Part shown: one piece after another, positions 37,440-46,476 of the stretch
Position numbering within the stretch: position 1 is the first letter of the stretch
Layout: every line of letters starts with the position of its first letter
Translations under genes and position numbers: made by a program
Notes under the pieces: generated by a model
What the model saw: only the letters and a program-made list of their open reading frames with translations
Database searches by the model: none
Told to the model about the DNA's origin: nothing
Assembly (NCBI GenBank): GCA_018971045.1
Contig: JAGWVF010000002.1
Coordinates: 65,133-129,132, forward strand
Direction of reading: 5' to 3'
Source of the DNA: Patescibacteria group bacterium
GTDB lineage: Bacteria > Patescibacteriota > Minisyncoccia > Phycocordibacterales > Phycocordibacteraceae
DNA length: 64,000 nucleotides

Positions 37440-38297
37440 TTATACGCGCCGCCAGGCGCCGAATTCCTCTTTGGCGAGGCCGCGGAGTTCAAGAGCGGCG
37501 AGCGCGGTGAGCGCCTCTCCGGCGCCGTGAGGCGCGGCGCGGAGGATCTCGTCGCGCGTTTTCGGCTCATCGAGCAGCCGCCAGATTTCGCGTTCGGCAT
37601 CCTCGAGATCCTGCGGCGCCTCGCCCGATACGATCGGGCCGCGCGGCGCGATCCCGAGCGCCTCAAGAATGTGGATCGGGTCGGAGACGAGCGCCGCGCC
37701 GAGCCGGATGAAGAGGTGGCTCGCGAAGCCGTGCGAGTCTCCCATGCGGTGCGGAACGCACAGGAGATCGCGGTTATACTCGCCCGCGAGCCGGGCGGTG
37801 ATAAGCGTTCCCGACTTTGGTCCAGCCTCGATCACGAGCACCGCGTCCGCGAGCCCGACCATCAGCCGATTGCGCTCGGGGAAGTAGTGCACCCGCGACG
37901 CGCGGTCAGGCGCATATTCTGAAAGCATCCCGCCGCCTTTTTCGAGAATTTCCAAAGCAAAGCGGCGATTGCTGCGCGGGTAGAGGACGGTATCATCGAG
38001 GCCCGATCCGGGAAGCGCGAGAGTATGAATGCCCGCCGCGAGCGCCGCTTCGTGCGCGCACGTATCAATGCCGAGCGCGAGCCCGCTTACGATCGAGATT
38101 GGGTAGCCGGCGAGTCCGGAAATCAGCTTTCGGCACGCCTCTTCGCCGTAGCGCGTCATCGCGCGCGATCCGACGACGGTCAAGAATTTCGTTCCTGCGG
38201 GCGGGAGACTTCCGCGAATCCAGAGCCGTTTCGGGAGCTGGGGGATCTCGGCGAGTTGTACAGGCCACTCTTCCCGTGCGAGTTCACGGATGTCCAT
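37440..38297 (-). CDS. dprA: DNA processing protein DprA (Smf)
   Basis: 285 aa. Rossmann-like DprA core (VVGSRAMTRYGEE..., GIDTCAHEAAL) and a C-terminal winged-helix-like region. Confidence 0.85.
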   Translation of the reverse strand: MDIRELAREEWPVQLAEIPQLPKRLWIRGSLPPAGTKFLTVVGSRAMTRYGEEACRKLISGLAGYPISIVSGLALGIDTCAHEAALAAGIHTLALPGSGLDDTVLYPRSNRRFALEILEKGGGMLSEYAPDRASRVHYFPERNRLMVGLADAVLVIEAGPKSGTLITARLAGEYNRDLLCVPHRMGDSHGFASHLFIRLGAALVSDPIHILEALGIAPRGPIVSGEAPQDLEDAEREIWRLLDEPKTRDEILRAAPHGAGEALTALAALELRGLAKEEFGAWRRV

Positions 38298-38321
38298 TCA
38301 CCTAGTATACTAGAAAGCATC

Positions 38322-39593
38322 ATGCTCGATATTAAATTTATCCGAGAAAATCTCGACGTCGTCAAAGCCGGCGCGGCGAAGAAGCATATCGCGGTCGATC
38401 TCGAGAGATTAATCGCGGTTGATGAAGAGCGCAAGCGGCTACGCCAAGAGCTTGATGCTAAGAAGGCCGAACAGAATCGCCGCAGTAATGAAATCCAGAT
38501 CGCGAAGGATCTGGAGCGCGAGAAACTCATCGAACAGATGCAGCACTTGAAGGCGGGAATGGCTGAGAGCGAAGACCGGCTCAAGGAGGTCATGGTCGAG
38601 TGGCAGACGCTGATGCTCACTATTCCGAATGTTCCCGACATGTCCGTTCCAGACGGCGAGAGCGACGAGCAGAATCTCGAGGCGCGCACGTGGGGAGAGA
38701 AACCGGCCTTCTCCTTTACGCCGAAGCCTCACCACGAACTAATGACGGCTCTCGGCCTTGCCGACTTTGAGCGGGGCGCCAAGGTCGCGGGCTTTCGCGG
38801 ATATTTCTTGCGGGGCGACGGCGCGCGGCTCCTCATGGCGCTTCGGCGTTTCGTAGAAGATCGATTCATGAATCGCGAGGGCTTCGAGCCGATGTTCGCA
38901 CCCTCGCTTGTACGCCGCGAAGCCTTCATCGGTACCGGCTATCTGCCGCAGGGCGAAGAGGATCTCTACAAGACGCAGAACGGCGAGTATCTCGCCGGCA
39001 CCGCCGAGGTGGCGACAATGGGCTACTTTATGAATGAAGTGATCGATCAGTCCATGCTCCCTTTGAAGTTTTTCGCGTATTCTCCTTGCTTCCGCCGCGA
39101 AGCGGGCAGCCACGGAAAGGATGAAAAAGGAGTCTTTCGAGTGCATGAATTCGAGAAATATGAACAGGTCGTTCTCTGCGAAGCCGATCATGCGACCTCG
39201 GTTCAGCTCCACGAGGAGATCACGGCGAATTCAGAGAAGCTTCTTCAGGAACTCGGCCTCCACTACCGCGTCGTGGTAAATTGCGGCGGCGATCTCGGCC
39301 TCGGCCAGGTCAAGAAGTATGATCTTGAAGCGTGGATGCCGTCCGAGAATCGTTATCGAGAGACGCACTCGGCGTCCTACTTCCATGATTTTCAAACGCG
39401 GCGGCTCAATATCCGGTATCGCGACAGCGGGGGGATATTGCGCTATGCGCATTCTCTGAATAACACGGCGCTCGCGATACCGCGCATTCTCACGCAGATC
39501 GTCGAGAACTACCAAAAGGCCGACGGCACGGTCAAGGTGCCCCCGGTCCTCGTGCCGCATGTGGGGAAGGACACTCTCGGCGTCGCGCGGTAA
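38322..39593 (+). CDS. serS: serine--tRNA ligase
   Basis: N-terminal coiled-coil tRNA-binding arm. Class II motifs (FRREAGSHGKD, RVHEFEKYEQ, GLGQ). Start trimmed to MLDIKFIRENLD. Confidence 0.95.
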   Translation: MLDIKFIRENLDVVKAGAAKKHIAVDLERLIAVDEERKRLRQELDAKKAEQNRRSNEIQIAKDLEREKLIEQMQHLKAGMAESEDRLKEVMVEWQTLMLTIPNVPDMSVPDGESDEQNLEARTWGEKPAFSFTPKPHHELMTALGLADFERGAKVAGFRGYFLRGDGARLLMALRRFVEDRFMNREGFEPMFAPSLVRREAFIGTGYLPQGEEDLYKTQNGEYLAGTAEVATMGYFMNEVIDQSMLPLKFFAYSPCFRREAGSHGKDEKGVFRVHEFEKYEQVVLCEADHATSVQLHEEITANSEKLLQELGLHYRVVVNCGGDLGLGQVKKYDLEAWMPSENRYRETHSASYFHDFQTRRLNIRYRDSGGILRYAHSLNNTALAIPRILTQIVENYQKADGTVKVPPVLVPHVGKDTLGVAR

Positions 39594-40413
39594 TCGCCGC
39601 TTTACGGAGCGACGGCGCTCGCGCCGCCGCCGCGTCCTCATCGTCTCCGGAAGTTTGTTTTTGCTTTCTCTCGCCGCCGCCGTGTATATGCTTAATCAGA
39701 ATTTCGCGCGCATAGCGAGAGTGCAGGTGTATGGATCGGATCAGTCGCTCGCCGCGATCGCGAGACAAGCGATGGAAGGGACCTATTTCGGCATCATCCC
39801 GCGCGATTCGACTCTGTTTTATCCGGGCGACCGGATCCGATCGATGATTACCGCGGCATATCCGGATATCGCCGCGGTGTCTTTGTTCCACGACGGACCT
39901 ACCCAGCTTTCGATCAGGGTGAGCAACCGCATTCCGATAGCGCGGTGGTGCGGCGCGCCGCCGCCGAATGGCTTTACCGCGTCGTCGACTCTCGCCGACG
40001 CGGCGAACTGCGGCTTTTTCGACGCGAGCGGAGTGCTCTATGCGACAACAACGAGCGACGAGCCGATTAATACCTTTCGCGTGTATGGATCGGATACGAG
40101 TACAGCCGGCGCGTCCGCGCTCGGCACGACGCTCCCCGACGCGCGCCGGTTTCCCGCGGCGTTTGACTTCGCGCGACAGCTCGGCTCATTCGGATCTCCG
40201 GTTACGATAGTCGTTTTCCGAAATGGCGAAGCAGATGACTATCTCGCGAGCGGAACGCGCGTGACGTATGTGCTCGATGATGAACAGAACGCGTTTGCGG
40301 CGCTTGCTTCGGCGCGCGCAAATTTCGATCTTACGAACGGCTCGGTTGAGTATGTCGACCTGCGGTTCGATGGAAAAGTGTATGTGAAGCCGAAAAATGC
40401 TACGGTTCCGTAA
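39559..40413 (+). CDS. ftsQ: FtsQ/DivIB-like cell-division protein (TM + POTRA-like domain)
   Basis: Arg-rich cytoplasmic N-terminus, TM helix VLIVSGSLFLLSLAAAVYML, periplasmic domain with FtsQ-like topology. The 5' end overlaps the serS 3' end by 35 nt, so the true start is uncertain. Confidence 0.55.
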   Translation: MWGRTLSASRGNRRFTERRRSRRRRVLIVSGSLFLLSLAAAVYMLNQNFARIARVQVYGSDQSLAAIARQAMEGTYFGIIPRDSTLFYPGDRIRSMITAAYPDIAAVSLFHDGPTQLSIRVSNRIPIARWCGAPPPNGFTASSTLADAANCGFFDASGVLYATTTSDEPINTFRVYGSDTSTAGASALGTTLPDARRFPAAFDFARQLGSFGSPVTIVVFRNGEADDYLASGTRVTYVLDDEQNAFAALASARANFDLTNGSVEYVDLRFDGKVYVKPKNATVP

Positions 40414-41417
40414 TGTCATTCTGGAATAATCTTCCCAAGCCTTTTTTCGTCATGGCGCCGCTCAAGGACGTTACGGACGCGGCCTTTCGCGCGCTTGTCG
40501 CGGCGCGGGGCGCCCCCGACGTGTCTTGGACCGAATTTGTCTCAGCTGACGGGCTCTACCACACCCGTATGAAGCGGCGCGTGCCCGATGCCGAGAATCC
40601 TCTGATGCGCGATCTCGCATTTACCGAAACCGAGCGGCCGATCGTCGCGCAGATCTTCTCGAGCGAGCCGGCGATGATAGCGTACGCGGCTCGTCTCGCG
40701 GCCGAGCTCGGCTTCGACGGAGTCGATCTCAATATGGGCTGTCCGGATCGTTCGGTCGAGAAGCAGGGAAGCGGGGCCGCGCTTATCAAGACGCCCGAGA
40801 TCGCGCGCGGAATTATTCGCGCCGCAAAGGCGGCGAGCGATCTCCCTGTCTCGGTGAAGACGCGCATCGGGTACCATAAAGAAACGCTCGAAGCATGGCT
40901 CCCGGCGATCCTTGAAGAAGATCCGACGGCGGTAACGATTCATTTGCGCACGCGTAAAGAGATGTCAAAGGTTCCCGCGCATTGGGATCTGATGGCGCGC
41001 GCGGTCGAGATCCGCAATCGCGTGAATCCGGGCGTGCTCCTTATCGGCAACGGCGATCTAGCGGATCTCGATGATGCGCGCGGCAAGATCGCTGTCTCCG
41101 GTTGCGACGGCGCGATGCTCGGCCGCGCGATGTTCGGGAATCCGTGGTTATTTGAGGATATCGAACGATTTCGCAATCCCCTCGCGAATAGCGGATGTGC
41201 GAAATCCGCCCATTCCGCGCGAGAGAAGCTCGACGCGCTCATCGAACTCGCGCACCGCTTCGAGAAACTCTCGCCACCGAAATCGTTTTCCATTCTGAAA
41301 AAGCACATCAAGGCCTTTGCGGCGGGCTTCGACGCCGCCGCCGAATTGCGGGCGAGGCTCATGCTAACCGGCTCCGCCGCCGAATTGGAGCGCGCTATTC
41401 GCGATAATCCGCTATAA
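40413..41417 (+). CDS. dus: tRNA-dihydrouridine synthase
   Basis: 334 aa. TIM-barrel Dus motifs (MAPLKDVTD, GVDLNMGCP, catalytic Cys in MGCPD). Confidence 0.85.
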   Translation: MSFWNNLPKPFFVMAPLKDVTDAAFRALVAARGAPDVSWTEFVSADGLYHTRMKRRVPDAENPLMRDLAFTETERPIVAQIFSSEPAMIAYAARLAAELGFDGVDLNMGCPDRSVEKQGSGAALIKTPEIARGIIRAAKAASDLPVSVKTRIGYHKETLEAWLPAILEEDPTAVTIHLRTRKEMSKVPAHWDLMARAVEIRNRVNPGVLLIGNGDLADLDDARGKIAVSGCDGAMLGRAMFGNPWLFEDIERFRNPLANSGCAKSAHSAREKLDALIELAHRFEKLSPPKSFSILKKHIKAFAAGFDAAAELRARLMLTGSAAELERAIRDNPL

Positions 41418-41425
41418 TCGCTCTC

Positions 41426-42457
41426 ATGGCTCACCAGTCGCTCTATCGGATGTATCGCCCGTCAACTTTTGCCGACGTTGTCGGTCAAGAGCAGGTGACG
41501 AAGCCGCTCGAAGAAGCGGTGAAGGCAAAGAAGATCGGCCACGCGTATCTCTTCGCCGGCAGCCGCGGACTCGGGAAGACCTCGGTGGCCCGCATCTTCG
41601 CGAAGGAGGCCGGTTGTACCGAACACGATCTCTACGAGATCGACGCCGCGAGCAATAATAGCGTCGAGGATATTCGCGCGCTCACCGAGGGCGTCTATAC
41701 GCTCCCGTTCCAATCGCCTTACAAAGTGTATATTCTCGATGAGGTGCATATGCTCTCGAGAGGCGCATGGAACGCCTTTCTCAAAACGCTTGAAGAGCCG
41801 CCCGCGCACGCGATATTTATCCTCGCGACGACCGAGCTCGAGAAGGTGCCCGAGACGGTGCAGTCGCGCTGTCAGGTATTCGAATTTAAGAAACCGACGC
41901 GCGCCGTTCTCGCGGAAATGACGGCGGCCGTCGCGAAGAAAGAGGGTTACGCGCTCGCGCCGGACGCCGCCGAGCTTATCGCGCATCTCGCCGAGGGTTC
42001 GTATCGGGACGCGCTGTCGATTTTGCAAAAAGTATGCGCGAGCGCCGAGGAGAAGTCGCTCTCGCGCAGTGCGGTTGAGGCTGCGACCGGCGCGCCGCGC
42101 CGCGAGCAGGTACACGCGCTTCTTACCGCGCTCGCAAAGGGCGAGCGCGGCGGCGCGCTCGCGGCGATCGAGCGCGCCGCGAAGGAGCAGGTGGATATGC
42201 GCCTCTTTCTCGAGCTTACGCTCGAGGCTTTGCGCGCGGCGCTTCTCATTCGCTTCGCGCCCGATCTGCACGATGCGCTCCGGACCGAGCTCGGGACGGA
42301 TGAATTCTCCTCTCTCCAGCGTATCGGGAGCGGTGGTTCCGGCATATCGCACGCCACCCTGCTCGCGTTTTTAAATGCCGCGGATCGCATCCGCTACGCG
42401 CCTATCCCGTCATTACCGCTTGAGCTCGCGGTTCTCGAGCTTCTTGGCGGCGCATGA
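41426..42457 (+). CDS. dnaX: DNA polymerase III subunit gamma/tau (short form)
   Basis: AAA+ clamp-loader motifs (GSRGLGKTS Walker A, ILDEVHML Walker B, SRC motif TVQSRCQ). Confidence 0.9.
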   Translation: MAHQSLYRMYRPSTFADVVGQEQVTKPLEEAVKAKKIGHAYLFAGSRGLGKTSVARIFAKEAGCTEHDLYEIDAASNNSVEDIRALTEGVYTLPFQSPYKVYILDEVHMLSRGAWNAFLKTLEEPPAHAIFILATTELEKVPETVQSRCQVFEFKKPTRAVLAEMTAAVAKKEGYALAPDAAELIAHLAEGSYRDALSILQKVCASAEEKSLSRSAVEAATGAPRREQVHALLTALAKGERGGALAAIERAAKEQVDMRLFLELTLEALRAALLIRFAPDLHDALRTELGTDEFSSLQRIGSGGSGISHATLLAFLNAADRIRYAPIPSLPLELAVLELLGGA

Positions 42458-43161
42458 GTGATGATGCGGCGGGTTGGGCGATACTTGCTATCGTTCTCGC
42501 GGCCGCGGCCGGCGGCGTTTACTACGAGTACCAGCGTACTCGCCCCTGCGCCGTACCCATCCCGTACGCGATCGGAGCGGTCGACAGCCGCTTCGATATC
42601 TCAAATGCGACCTTGATCGCGGACGCGAAGAGCGCGGCGGCAATCTGGAACAAGGCGGAAGGGAAGACTCTGTTTACCTACGATCCGCAAGCGAAGCTCA
42701 CGATTAACTTAGTGTATGATTCGCGCGAGGCGGCGGCGAAACTCGGCAACGATATTGCCGTACAGCAAGCCGATCTCGATGCCGAGCGCGCCGCGCTCGA
42801 CGAGCTCAAGGCACAGTGTCCTGTCGATCGATCGATGTGCGATGAATTGCCGGCGCGAGTCGCGAGCTATAACGCGCATGTCGCGGCGTATAATGCCGAG
42901 GTGGCGCAGTACAATCAAACTGCCGGACACACGTTCCAAGAAGGCCAGTATCTCCGCGATGCGTCGGGAGAGCGGATCAATGTATTTGAATTTACCGGCG
43001 CTCTCCAGCTCAAGCGCGTGCTCGCGCACGAGTTCGGCCACGCGCTCGGGCTCGAGCATAATAAGAATCCCGAATCGATCATGTATGCCGAAAACGAGGG
43101 CGGCAATCTGGCGCCCTCCGCCGCCGACCTCGCGGAACTTCGCGCCCTCTGCGGGACTTAA
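42454..43161 (+). CDS. membrane-anchored matrixin-like zinc metalloprotease (HExxHxxGxxH)
   Basis: N-terminal TM helix; HEFGHALGLEH zinc-binding motif followed by a Met-turn candidate (SIMY). Confidence 0.7.
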   Translation: MSDDAAGWAILAIVLAAAAGGVYYEYQRTRPCAVPIPYAIGAVDSRFDISNATLIADAKSAAAIWNKAEGKTLFTYDPQAKLTINLVYDSREAAAKLGNDIAVQQADLDAERAALDELKAQCPVDRSMCDELPARVASYNAHVAAYNAEVAQYNQTAGHTFQEGQYLRDASGERINVFEFTGALQLKRVLAHEFGHALGLEHNKNPESIMYAENEGGNLAPSAADLAELRALCGT

Positions 43162-43194
43162 AACGATCACTGAATAATGCTAGAGTGCATCCAT

Positions 43195-43265
43195 TGCCCG
43201 ATCGTCTAATGGTAGGACACCGCCCTTTGGAGGCGGGTATTGGGGTTCGAGTCCCTGTCGGGCAG
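43195..43265 (+). tRNA. tRNA-Gln (anticodon TTG)
   Basis: TGCCCGATCGTCTAATGGTAGGACACCGCCCTTTGGAGGCGGGTATTGGGGTTCGAGTCCCTGTCGGGCAG. U1-A72 pair typical of tRNA-Gln; anticodon loop CUUUGGA; CCA not encoded. Confidence 0.85.
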
Positions 43266-43483
43266 CAAAAAGTGCGCAGCAACTTTTTACTGCCCGAAGC
43301 GAGTCGCGGGACGACTCGCGTCAGGGACGAGAAGACCTTGTGAGCAGATTTTGCGATTTCCTGAAGCAAAATCTCCACAAGGTGTACTGAAGCTGTAAGC
43401 TTCGAGAAATGTAATCATGGCCCCTGTCGGGGGACTTAACGACCTGAGGGTTCTAATACGAGGAAACAAATCCGTGATTTTTG

Positions 43484-43492
43484 TGGTATAAT
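43484..43492 (+). promoter_or_regulatory. extended -10 element TGgTATAAT
   Basis: TGGTATAAT at 43484-43492, about 160 nt upstream of the methyltransferase ATG. It heads a long structured leader that contains a 25-codon ORF at 43499-43576. Confidence 0.4.
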
Positions 43493-43651
43493 ATCTCATA
43501 TGCAGCATCGTATGCAGGTATCGACGGAGCCATTCGAGAAGATTGTTCGCAGAGAGAAGGTAACAGTTTTATTCTGATGAAGACGAGGTGAAGTACGGAG
43601 TGGTGGGTATTCGTATCGAGGTCAATTAAATCTTAATTTCAAAACCAGCCC

Positions 43652-44434
43652 ATGACACCAAAGCAACCGATCAGAGGAGCGAAGAGGGCGGCCGAATCGT
43701 GGAGCGAAGTCGCGGAGTGGTATGACTCCCTGCTTGAAGGAGATCAAGACACGTATCAATCGAAGGTCATTTTGCCGAATCTGTTGCGCGTGCTCGCGCT
43801 CGCGAAAGGCGAGCGGGTGATCGATATCGCGTGCGGACAGGGGTTCTTCACCCGCGCGTGCAGGGACGCGGGAGCGGCGCCGATGGGCGCTGATATTTCA
43901 GAAGAGCTTATCGCGTTCGCGCGCGAGAGGTCGGCCGATATTCCGTATCACGCCGCGCCGGCGCACGAGCTTTCATTCGCCAAAGACGCGAGTTACGAAA
44001 CGGCGCTCATGGTCTTGGCGATCCAGAATATTGAAAAGATAGACGCCGCTTTTGCCGAGGCGAAGCGCGTTCTGACTCCGAGCGGGCGCGTGGTGATGGT
44101 GCTTAATCATCCGGCCTTCCGCGTGCCGAAGCATTCGAGCTGGGGATATGAGGAGCAGTCGCGCATCCAGTACCGCCGCGTGGATCGCTACCTCTCGGGT
44201 GAGAAGATATCGATCGATATGCATCCCGGGCAGAAGCACGGCGCAAAGACCGTCTCGTATCACCGCTCGCTCCAGGACATCGTGAAGTCGCTTTCAAAGA
44301 GCGGTTTCGCGATCACGCGGCTTGAGGAGTGGATCTCGCATCGAGCGAGCGGCCGCGGTCCGCGCAAGAAGGCGGAGGACACTGCGCGGAAGGAGATACC
44401 ACTTTTTATGCTCATCGAAGCGCGCGGACGGTAA
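43652..44434 (+). CDS. class I SAM-dependent methyltransferase
   Basis: 260 aa. Motif I VIDIACGQGFF; Rossmann-fold MTase layout. Confidence 0.75.
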   Translation: MTPKQPIRGAKRAAESWSEVAEWYDSLLEGDQDTYQSKVILPNLLRVLALAKGERVIDIACGQGFFTRACRDAGAAPMGADISEELIAFARERSADIPYHAAPAHELSFAKDASYETALMVLAIQNIEKIDAAFAEAKRVLTPSGRVVMVLNHPAFRVPKHSSWGYEEQSRIQYRRVDRYLSGEKISIDMHPGQKHGAKTVSYHRSLQDIVKSLSKSGFAITRLEEWISHRASGRGPRKKAEDTARKEIPLFMLIEARGR

Positions 44435-44480
44435 TTGCCGCGTCGCGTTTCGAGGATAATTCGGGTAAAATACGACCGTC

Positions 44481-45620
44481 ATGCGAATGAATCAGCGAGT
44501 CGTCTCTGTCGGCGCGGGAGCGTCCGCTCTTATTCTTTTCGGCGGCTTCTGGCTCGCCGGCCTTTTCTCGACCGAGTACCGCTCGGCGAACGCTGACGCG
44601 GAGCGCGTCATCCCATTGCCGGTTCTCAATAAAGAAGAATATAACAAGCGGATGCTTGCGCTCGCTCATTTCGTACTGCCGACCGTTGCGCCCGCGGCGA
44701 CGTCATCAAGAGCGACTTCCTCCCCGGCGTCCGCCGCGGCGAGTTCAACGCTCATTCTGCCGATCTCGACCGCGACGACCACAGTCTCGGTTCCCGGCCG
44801 CTTATGGCCGGTTCCGACCGTCTATCCCCGTGTCGGCGCGCTCTTACCCTTCAATCGCATCGTCGCATACTATGGGAATTTCTATTCAAAAGGCATGGGT
44901 GTGCTCGGCGAATACCCGACGGATACGTTGCTCGGTATGCTCGCGAGTACGACGGCGGTATGGGCCGCGGCGGATCCGTCGACGCCCGTGGTGCCCGCCA
45001 TCCAATATATCGCCGTGGTCGCGCAGGCGCGTTCGGGGAAGGAGGGGAATTATATTCTCCGGATGCCGGACACGGAGATCGATCACGCGCTCGATCTCGC
45101 GAACCAAGTACACGGCATCCTGATCCTGGATGTGCAGGTAGGGAAGAGCACCGTGGAGCACGAGATCCCGCTTCTCGAGAAGTACCTCCTGATGCCAAAT
45201 GTGCATCTCGCGATCGACCCCGAATTCTCGATGAAGTTTAATGATGCGCCCGGAGAAGTAATCGGCACCTTTGACGCGAAGGATATTAACTATGCCGCGT
45301 CGTATCTCGCGGGTCTTGTCGAGCAGTATCACTTGCCGCCGAAGATTCTCGTGGTGCATCGCTTTACTGAGGATATGGTGACCCACTACAAACAGATCAC
45401 GCCGCTTCCCGAGGTGCAGATCGTGATGGATATGGACGGTTGGGGCTCGCAGGCCAAGAAGAAAGGCACGTATAATCACGTGATCGCTCCCGAGCCGGTA
45501 CAGTTCACCGGGATCAAACTCTTTTATAAAAACGATCTGAAGCCGCCCTCGACCGGCATGCTCACGACGGCTGAGATTCTCGGCCTTATCCCCGCGCCGA
45601 TCTATATTCAATATCAGTAA
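44481..45620 (+). CDS. membrane-anchored hypothetical protein (possible TIM-barrel glycoside-hydrolase-like, DUF4015-like)
   Basis: 379 aa. N-terminal TM helix and a Ser/Ala/Thr-rich linker. The C-terminal region has alternating beta/alpha-like segments. No firm motif. Confidence 0.35.
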   Translation: MRMNQRVVSVGAGASALILFGGFWLAGLFSTEYRSANADAERVIPLPVLNKEEYNKRMLALAHFVLPTVAPAATSSRATSSPASAAASSTLILPISTATTTVSVPGRLWPVPTVYPRVGALLPFNRIVAYYGNFYSKGMGVLGEYPTDTLLGMLASTTAVWAAADPSTPVVPAIQYIAVVAQARSGKEGNYILRMPDTEIDHALDLANQVHGILILDVQVGKSTVEHEIPLLEKYLLMPNVHLAIDPEFSMKFNDAPGEVIGTFDAKDINYAASYLAGLVEQYHLPPKILVVHRFTEDMVTHYKQITPLPEVQIVMDMDGWGSQAKKKGTYNHVIAPEPVQFTGIKLFYKNDLKPPSTGMLTTAEILGLIPAPIYIQYQ

Positions 45621-45622
45621 AA

Positions 45623-46414
45623 GTGCCGAAAGCTATTGCGCCTCTCGAGGGTGTGATATCATTCCGCCATATGGAAACACATAACACCGGGAATAATTAT
45701 TTTTTGCCTATCGCCGTCGTGATCGGCTGTCTCTTTATCGCCGGAGCGGTCTACTGGAACGGGGCGCACCCGTCCGCGGCGCCCGCGGGCGGCACTCAGC
45801 CGGGCGGTACGGCGCCGATAGCAGTCGACATTAAGAACGTGAAGATGGACGGCGATCCCTATATCGGATCGCCTACGGCGCCGGTAACCATCGCGTTCTG
45901 GAGCGATTTCCAATGCCCCTTTTGTAAAGAGTTTGAAGTCGGCGGGGTGAAAGAGCTTGAATCGCGCGGAACGACGTCGTCTTTGCCGGACATCATCAAG
46001 AATTATGTGAACACGGGCAAAGTAAAGATTGTGTTTATGGACATGGCATTCCTCGGCAATGATTCGATCACGGCGGCCGAGTACGGCCGGTCGGTGTGGA
46101 AGCTCTATCCACAGCAGTACTTCGCCTGGCGCACGGCGATGTACACCGCGCAGGGGACCGAGAATACCGGCTGGGCTACCGCCGATAAAATCGAGAAGAT
46201 CACGGCGACTGTTTCCGGACTCGACGTATCGGCGATCTCGGCGGACGTAAAAGCGAATGCTTCGGCGTATCAGGCGATGATGGACGCCGATAAGGCCGAG
46301 GCGGGGAAAGTAGGAATCAGCGCGACGCCGTCATTCGTGATCGGTAAGCAGGTGATCGCGGGGGCGTATCCGTACAGCACTTTCCAGTCCGCGATCGACG
46401 CGCTCTTGAAGTAA
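45623..46414 (+). CDS. DsbA-family thiol:disulfide oxidoreductase (second copy), membrane-anchored
   Basis: 263 aa. TM helix then thioredoxin-fold CPFC motif (FWSDFQCPFCKEF). Confidence 0.8.
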   Translation: MPKAIAPLEGVISFRHMETHNTGNNYFLPIAVVIGCLFIAGAVYWNGAHPSAAPAGGTQPGGTAPIAVDIKNVKMDGDPYIGSPTAPVTIAFWSDFQCPFCKEFEVGGVKELESRGTTSSLPDIIKNYVNTGKVKIVFMDMAFLGNDSITAAEYGRSVWKLYPQQYFAWRTAMYTAQGTENTGWATADKIEKITATVSGLDVSAISADVKANASAYQAMMDADKAEAGKVGISATPSFVIGKQVIAGAYPYSTFQSAIDALLK

Positions 46415-46428
46415 CCACGGGAGACAGA

Positions 46429-46461
46429 CAGCGTGCGGCCGGGCTTTCCGGCCGCACGCTG
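46429..46461 (+). repeat. GC-rich perfect 14-bp inverted repeat (hairpin)
   Basis: CAGCGTGCGGCCGG gcttt CCGGCCGCACGCTG. Lies between the dsbA-like stop and the ZIP-transporter start. No U-tract. Confidence 0.55.
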
Positions 46462-46476
46462 GTGTATGATGGCGTT

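Noticed and set aside
38025-38321. 297-nt N-terminal extension of serS overlapping dprA on the opposite strand
   Set aside because: The SerRS homology begins at MLDIKFIRENLD (ATG 38322). The extension is Arg-rich and overlaps the conserved dprA 5' region.
43253-43431. 10-nt direct repeat CCCTGTCGGG as definite attL/attR of an integrated element
   Set aside because: No integrase or cargo lies between or beside the repeats (155 nt apart). A 10-mer in GC-rich DNA can recur by chance. It is reported only as a possible excision or integration scar.
43499-43576. 25-codon ORF (MQHRMQVSTEPFEKIVRREKVTVLF) right after the extended -10
   Set aside because: Too short, with no SD. It is kept only as a note inside the tRNA-Gln downstream-region finding, not as a feature.
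46462-46476. GTG start at 46462 for the ZIP transporter
   Set aside because: It directly abuts the 3' arm of the 14-bp hairpin. An in-frame ATG 15 nt downstream is the more plausible start.
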